DNA of 32,000 nt from positions 810,001 to 842,000 of the forward strand of contig NC_021219.1 of NCBI RefSeq assembly GCF_000392435.1, given 5' to 3'. The stretch comes from Candidatus Saccharimonas aalborgensis. GTDB taxonomy: Bacteria; Patescibacteriota; Saccharimonadia; Saccharimonadales; Saccharimonadaceae. Under the pieces are notes generated by a model. It was given only the letters and a program-made list of their open reading frames with translations, was not told the DNA's origin and ran no database searches. Made by a program: the position numbers and the translations under genes. This document shows, piece after piece, positions 27,333-32,000 of the stretch (positions within the stretch are counted from its first letter, which is position 1; the number at the start of each line of letters is the position of its first letter).

Positions 27333-28766
27333 TTAGGTTGTTACGCTCTTTCGGATACCGATACCGCCTACTGGGCCTTCGCTGCCCTTTGTGTAGGATT
27401 CGGGTATAGAATTGTGATTACGCCATGTTTGGATGATGGGCTCGAGGATTTCCCAGCACGCCAGAACTTCTGCACTTGTCGAAAAGAGCGTTTGGTCGCC
27501 AGCAATCGCGTCAAAAAGTACTCGTTCGTAGGCTTCCGGATTCTTACCCTCGAAGGCCGTATTGTAGGAGAAGTTCATCGATACTGGCCGTGTTTCATAG
27601 CCAAAGCCGGGTGACTTTGCGGTGAGCTGCAGTTCAATGCCTTCATCTGGTTGTACGTGGATGGTGAGAGTGTTTCGTCCGCTATCAATATTGTGCCGGT
27701 CCCGAAAGACTACTTCGATCGAGGTGTCTTTGTGATCGAGTGCTTTGCCCGTCTCTAATACCACGGGAACGCCGTGCCATTCGGGGAGGTCAACACCAAG
27801 TTTTACTATGGCGTAGGTCTCAACCTGCGATTCAGGGTTATTCACCTCTTCCCGATAGCCTTGGTATTGTCCACGGTTTGCAAACTCGTCAATCGGTTCG
27901 GTGGGTAGTTTGATGGCACCGAGCAGCGCATTTTTTTGCTCATGGATAGCGTGACTTTCCATGGCAGTTGGCGCATCCATCATGATGAGTGCCATTAGTT
28001 GCAACAAATGACTTTGCAGTAAGTCTCGAAGTGCACCAAGACTCTCATAGAAGTCGCTTCGCCCCTCGATATCAATTTTCTCGAGGGCGCGGATGTGAAT
28101 ATAGTCAATCCCATCGCGGTTCCAAATACTGCGAATGAGCGGGTTTTGGAAGCGGAACGTCAGGATATTTTGGACTGTTTCTTTCGCCAAGTAGTGGTCG
28201 ATGCGGTAAATTTGATGTTCCTCGAAGTGTGTTTTGATTGAGTCAATCAGATCTCTTGCTGATGCAAGATCACTGCCGAAAGGTTTTTCGATGAAAATGC
28301 GTCGGGCGACACCATCATACTCCTTGTTAAGTTCGGCCGCGCCGAGGCACGCGATAACTGGCTTAAAGATACTCGGTGGAATGGCCAGGTAGAAGATTCG
28401 CTGATGGGCAACACTGAATTCGTGATCTATGCCGTCAAGCATATCACGGAGTCGATAGTAGTCTTCTTGGTTTGTACTATCCATGATAATTGGTCGGATT
28501 AGTGATTTGAGACGCGCCAAAATTGCGGGGTCACATTCGCGGTGTTGTCGTAGCATTGTCACCTCAACTTGACTCATGACGGTATCGAGTGCCGCACTTG
28601 ACTGTCGGAAGATCGCGACGATACTCAGGCGCTCTGGCAAATGCCCATAGGCCAAGAGCTCGTAGAGTGCAGGAAAAAGCTTGATTTGAGCAAGGTTTCC
28701 TGAAGCACCAAAGATAACAAGCGTGGTGGGGTTTGAGAGCGTTTGTAAGTGAGAATTACTACCCAT
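27333..28766 (-). CDS. zwf: Glucose-6-phosphate 1-dehydrogenase
   Basis: VIFGASGNLAQIKLFPALYEL, YRIDHYLAKETVQNILTFRFQNPLI. Confidence 0.96.
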   Translation of the reverse strand: MGSNSHLQTLSNPTTLVIFGASGNLAQIKLFPALYELLAYGHLPERLSIVAIFRQSSAALDTVMSQVEVTMLRQHRECDPAILARLKSLIRPIIMDSTNQEDYYRLRDMLDGIDHEFSVAHQRIFYLAIPPSIFKPVIACLGAAELNKEYDGVARRIFIEKPFGSDLASARDLIDSIKTHFEEHQIYRIDHYLAKETVQNILTFRFQNPLIRSIWNRDGIDYIHIRALEKIDIEGRSDFYESLGALRDLLQSHLLQLMALIMMDAPTAMESHAIHEQKNALLGAIKLPTEPIDEFANRGQYQGYREEVNNPESQVETYAIVKLGVDLPEWHGVPVVLETGKALDHKDTSIEVVFRDRHNIDSGRNTLTIHVQPDEGIELQLTAKSPGFGYETRPVSMNFSYNTAFEGKNPEAYERVLFDAIAGDQTLFSTSAEVLACWEILEPIIQTWRNHNSIPESYTKGSEGPVGGIGIRKSVTT

Positions 28767-30332
28767 CTATTTTTCCTCGTGGTTTATCGCATGACCGCCA
28801 AACTTATTGCGTAGCCCTGCAAGTAATTTAGTGGCAAAAGTATGGTGCCCCTCTTGGCTAGCTTGCCGTACTGCGAGTGCTTCACGGAGCGCCGGCATCG
28901 GTACTTGAGCCGCCTCAGCAGTTTCGTAGGTCCAACGACCTTCGCCTGAGTCAGCGACGTAGCCATCAATACCCTCTAGCTCAGGATTTTCTGAGAGTAA
29001 CTGCTCTATAAGCTCGTTGAGCGAAGAAGCAATAATACTACCACCCTGCCAAACGTGAGCAATTTCTGCGAGGTTGAGACCAGGTATCTCGCCATATTTC
29101 AAGAGGTCATATCCTTCGGCGTAACTTTGCATCAGAGCGTATTCGATACCATTGTGTATCATTTTGACATAGTGCCCGCTTCCGGGAGTACCGGTATGAA
29201 TCCAGCGTCCGCGCGGCATAGATAGCACCTCAAACAGTGGCGAGAGTGTTTGAACAGCGGCTTGCTCGCCGCCCACCATGAGGCTAAACCCGTTTTCAAG
29301 GCCCATGATGCCACCACTCGTGCCGGCATCAACGTACCGTATCTGGTGATCACGCAGGTCATCGGCGCGTCGAAGAGTGTCGTGAAAGTTTGAATTGCCA
29401 CCGTCGATCAGCATACTCCCTGCGGGAAGGAGGGTTTTGTAGGCGGCAACTTCTTGCTCAACATAGTCTGAGGGAATCATCAGCCAGATGATGGGGGTAT
29501 CACCCAGGGCTGCCACAAGTTCCTCGCGCGACGAGGCGGCCTCTGCTCCTTTTTCGGCGCAGGCGGCGACAGCGCTAGAATTGACATCGAAGACAACGAT
29601 GGAGTGTCCCGCTCCCAGTAGCTTTTCGACGATTTGACTCCCCATTTTTCCTAATCCGACAAAGCCGATTTTCATTGTCCCTCCCTCCTTATCTAGATAT
29701 ACCTCGTAGTGTTTTGTAGTTCGCAAAAATTCGACCGGGAATGTATCGGCCGGCTGAGCGAGACTGTTGAATTGATCGAGAACGGCTGCTTTAGCGGCAC
29801 CTTTCGTATAGACAAAGGCGTGATCGATCGACGAAAAAAATGCTCCTGAGATCGTAATACGCTCAAAGTCCGCAGCTTCATAATCACTTGCTGCGTTATC
29901 GCTATGGCAGGCGGGTGAACTGGGTTTGATACCGGCAATGTGCCCATCTTCTCCAATACCAAGAAGTGCGACGATGGTTGCACCTAATTGGTGCTGATGC
30001 TCGAGAAACGCTGAAAATGCCTGGCTGTCCTGCTGGCGGCTACCCCCTGAGAGTACGGGCACAAAGGATGCTTCTGGCAAGAGGTGCGCGGAGCGCGAGA
30101 CCGCCTGCCAGTTTGAGTGGTTATCCTTGATGGGTACGTAGCGTTCATCGCTCAGGGTGATTGTCAGACTATGCTGATATGGCAGAAGTGCCCTAAAAAG
30201 TGGTTCTATAGCCTGGCTCGCCGAACCACCCGGCAGCAGCAGAAGAACCTTATTGCCACTATCATGAGCCGCTCGAACTGCTCGCTCTATAGCATCAATG
30301 AGTTGTTGGGTAACAGGAGTAAGCTGGGTCAT
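28767..30332 (-). CDS. In-frame fusion: 6-phosphogluconolactonase (N-term) + 6-phosphogluconate dehydrogenase (C-term)
   Basis: N-terminal PGL: LPGGSASQAIEPLF...LSDERYVP...GIGEDGHIAGI; C-terminal Gnd: MKIGFVGLGKMGSQ...DGGNSNFHDTLRRAD...VDAGTSGGIMGLENGFSLMVGG...GHYVKMIHNGIEYALMQSYAEGYDLL. Confidence 0.93.
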   Translation of the reverse strand: MTQLTPVTQQLIDAIERAVRAAHDSGNKVLLLLPGGSASQAIEPLFRALLPYQHSLTITLSDERYVPIKDNHSNWQAVSRSAHLLPEASFVPVLSGGSRQQDSQAFSAFLEHQHQLGATIVALLGIGEDGHIAGIKPSSPACHSDNAASDYEAADFERITISGAFFSSIDHAFVYTKGAAKAAVLDQFNSLAQPADTFPVEFLRTTKHYEVYLDKEGGTMKIGFVGLGKMGSQIVEKLLGAGHSIVVFDVNSSAVAACAEKGAEAASSREELVAALGDTPIIWLMIPSDYVEQEVAAYKTLLPAGSMLIDGGNSNFHDTLRRADDLRDHQIRYVDAGTSGGIMGLENGFSLMVGGEQAAVQTLSPLFEVLSMPRGRWIHTGTPGSGHYVKMIHNGIEYALMQSYAEGYDLLKYGEIPGLNLAEIAHVWQGGSIIASSLNELIEQLLSENPELEGIDGYVADSGEGRWTYETAEAAQVPMPALREALAVRQASQEGHHTFATKLLAGLRNKFGGHAINHEEK

Positions 30333-30968
30333 TTAGTGGAGCACATCGATTACAAGTGGTGTGGTATTATCCCAGCTCGTATCGACATAGAGCAGCAATG
30401 TGTCAGCTTTTTTTGGAACGGCAAAGCTGATCTGTCCCGTAGCTGTTGCTCCCGGTGCGAGGTCCTGGGCGGCGATGGGATTCTTAACATGCATTGAAGC
30501 GTGGAGTGCCGAGTATTCTCCCTCGGGGGTTCGGACAAACAACTGGTTGACGGGAATAAACGGCTTCGCCGTAGAAGTACGATTGGTAATCGTAAAACTC
30601 ATGATGAGCATTGTTTTGCCTTCTTCGACTCCGAAAGCGGGGTCTTCGGCACTATTTATGGTGACGTCCCTGACCGATGCCTCAAATGCACTGTTGAATG
30701 TAGGGTCGAGAGTTTTTGTGACATGCGTCGTCGCGGCCGAAACGGCGACAGCTCGTAGTTTGCTCTCGTTTTGTTTGGTGACTTCTACCCAAAAAAGCGT
30801 ATTGATGACCACTAGAGCGGCAATGCCAAGCACCAGTGTTCCCATAAGGAGACTATTCTCATCGGTAAAGCGACGAAAACGACCATATTCTTTTTTTAAT
30901 TCGCCTACTTCATCCGCAATGAACTCAGCGGGGGTGGTGTGTTTTTTGTGAAATAGTTTACGCATCAC
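30333..30968 (-). CDS. Membrane-anchored DUF4352-like protein
   Basis: Single TM then TMLIMSFTITNRTSTAKPFIPVNQLFVRTPEGEYSAL. Confidence 0.6.
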   Translation of the reverse strand: MMRKLFHKKHTTPAEFIADEVGELKKEYGRFRRFTDENSLLMGTLVLGIAALVVINTLFWVEVTKQNESKLRAVAVSAATTHVTKTLDPTFNSAFEASVRDVTINSAEDPAFGVEEGKTMLIMSFTITNRTSTAKPFIPVNQLFVRTPEGEYSALHASMHVKNPIAAQDLAPGATATGQISFAVPKKADTLLLYVDTSWDNTTPLVIDVLH

Positions 30969-30976
30969 ATCTCCTT

Positions 30977-32000
30977 TTATGGTTTGGTTGCATCATAATA
31001 CCCCACACGGTACCCGAGTAAGAGGCTGCTAGCAGAATTGTTGATGGTGGCACTGCCGTGCGCGTGAGTAGTTGCTCCGCCGCTATCCTGATAACCTGGT
31101 ATGCTTGCGGTACCTCTAAGAATCGTATTGATACTGTGATTACATGTGGCAGAAGTGTTCTCAAGTGTAGAGGTGGAGCCAGATTTAATGCCTCCCTTGT
31201 GTGTTGGCCGGAAGCTTGTGATGTTGACAACCCAGGTAGTGTTCCAACCCCAACAGTTGCCAATGGTACTGTGTGCGGCGAGATCGGTCGGTCCATAGCA
31301 AGGCGTTAGTCCGCCGCAATACACTGGTGCGGGGTCACTTACGGTAAGGTTGGTGCTGTTTGATGTGGTACCACCAGCGTTTGAGCAGCTAAGTGAATAC
31401 ACGTAGGTGCCTGCCGGTGATACGGCGCCGGTAGACTGTGATCCGCTGGCTGCTTTGCTACCAGACCAGTTGCCACCAGCTGTGCAGCTGGTGGGGCTAT
31501 TGGCTACGCTCCACGATACCGTAGCACTTCCACCTGTTGTAATACTGGATGGCGAAACAGAGATACTTATAGCAGGAGGGGTTACGACTGTAACGGTTGC
31601 AGAACCACTCCCAGAGCCTGAGGAGTTTGTGCACGTTAGTGTGTAGGTATAGGTACCGGCAGTTCCAATTGCTCCCGTGCTTGCTGAGCCATTAGCGCTT
31701 TGGCTACCGCTCCAGGAACCGCTACTTGTACAACTAGTGGGTGCATTTGTGGCAGACCATGTGAGCGTGCTAGCTGCGCCCGTGGCAATTGTTGTTGGTG
31801 AGGCGGTAATCGATACTGCGGGGGGATTCGAGGAAGTGCCGTTACTTACTGTGACGCTTGTACTTGCGCTCCCCGTTCCTCCGTCATTATTACAATCAAG
31901 GGTGTAGTTGTAGGTGCGGATCGTACCGAGACCACCAGTACTTACTGAGCCGCTCGCTGCTTTTGCTCCCGACCAGTCACCACTCGCATTACAGCTCAGC
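30977..32000 (-). CDS. Secreted protein with tandem Ig-like (~70-80 aa) repeats, partial
   Basis: Frame open to window edge; repeating 'VSxSPSSITTGxSATxSWSxxNxPTSCTxxGxWSGSKAASGSxSTGxxxxAGTYxYxLxCxNxxG'. The ORF track shows only an internal GTG start at 31402. Confidence 0.85.
   Translation of the reverse strand, partial: LSCNASGDWSGAKAASGSVSTGGLGTIRTYNYTLDCNNDGGTGSASTSVTVSNGTSSNPPAVSITASPTTIATGAASTLTWSATNAPTSCTSSGSWSGSQSANGSASTGAIGTAGTYTYTLTCTNSSGSGSGSATVTVVTPPAISISVSPSSITTGGSATVSWSVANSPTSCTAGGNWSGSKAASGSQSTGAVSPAGTYVYSLSCSNAGGTTSNSTNLTVSDPAPVYCGGLTPCYGPTDLAAHSTIGNCWGWNTTWVVNITSFRPTHKGGIKSGSTSTLENTSATCNHSINTILRGTASIPGYQDSGGATTHAHGSATINNSASSLLLGYRVGYYDATKP

Overview
The window looks like a Patescibacteria/Saccharibacteria-like chromosome (inference from gene style only). 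Housekeeping genes (topA, dprA, pth, der, an RsuA/RluB-type pseudouridine synthase, and a zwf-pgl-gnd pentose-phosphate block) flank an accessory region at about 8.3-16.8 kb. The main find there is a complete diversity-generating retroelement (DGR). It has a reverse transcriptase with the DGR-type GNYTSQ motif and YMDD (9705-10739 +), a 186-bp template repeat (TR, 10894-11079), an Avd-like four-helix-bundle gene (11620-12207 -), and a 667-aa surface-type target (12250-14253 -) whose C-terminus is the 186-bp variable repeat (VR, 12262-12447). By hand alignment TR and VR are collinear without gaps and differ at 23 positions. All 23 are T in the + strand TR, i.e. adenines in the template sense, changing 17 amino acids that are mostly Asn codons in TR. 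The DGR class is known, but this locus has unusual traits: RT is inverted relative to TR/avd/target and sits directly behind a sortase gene; the target has an N-terminal LANTG-TM module; a PD-(D/E)XK/CdiA-CT-like nuclease ORF lies between TR and avd; a minus-strand terminator overlaps the end of RT and would define a TR RNA; a 7-8 bp hairpin overlaps the target stop codon just past VR; and a (CT)18.5 tract lies in the target 5' leader. Outside the DGR I flag a heavily structured ~255-nt RNA candidate with its own promoter and terminator, a recurrent leaderless-promoter architecture, an in-frame pgl-gnd fusion with an internal strong Shine-Dalgarno site, and a CheY-type response regulator with a proline-rich tail.
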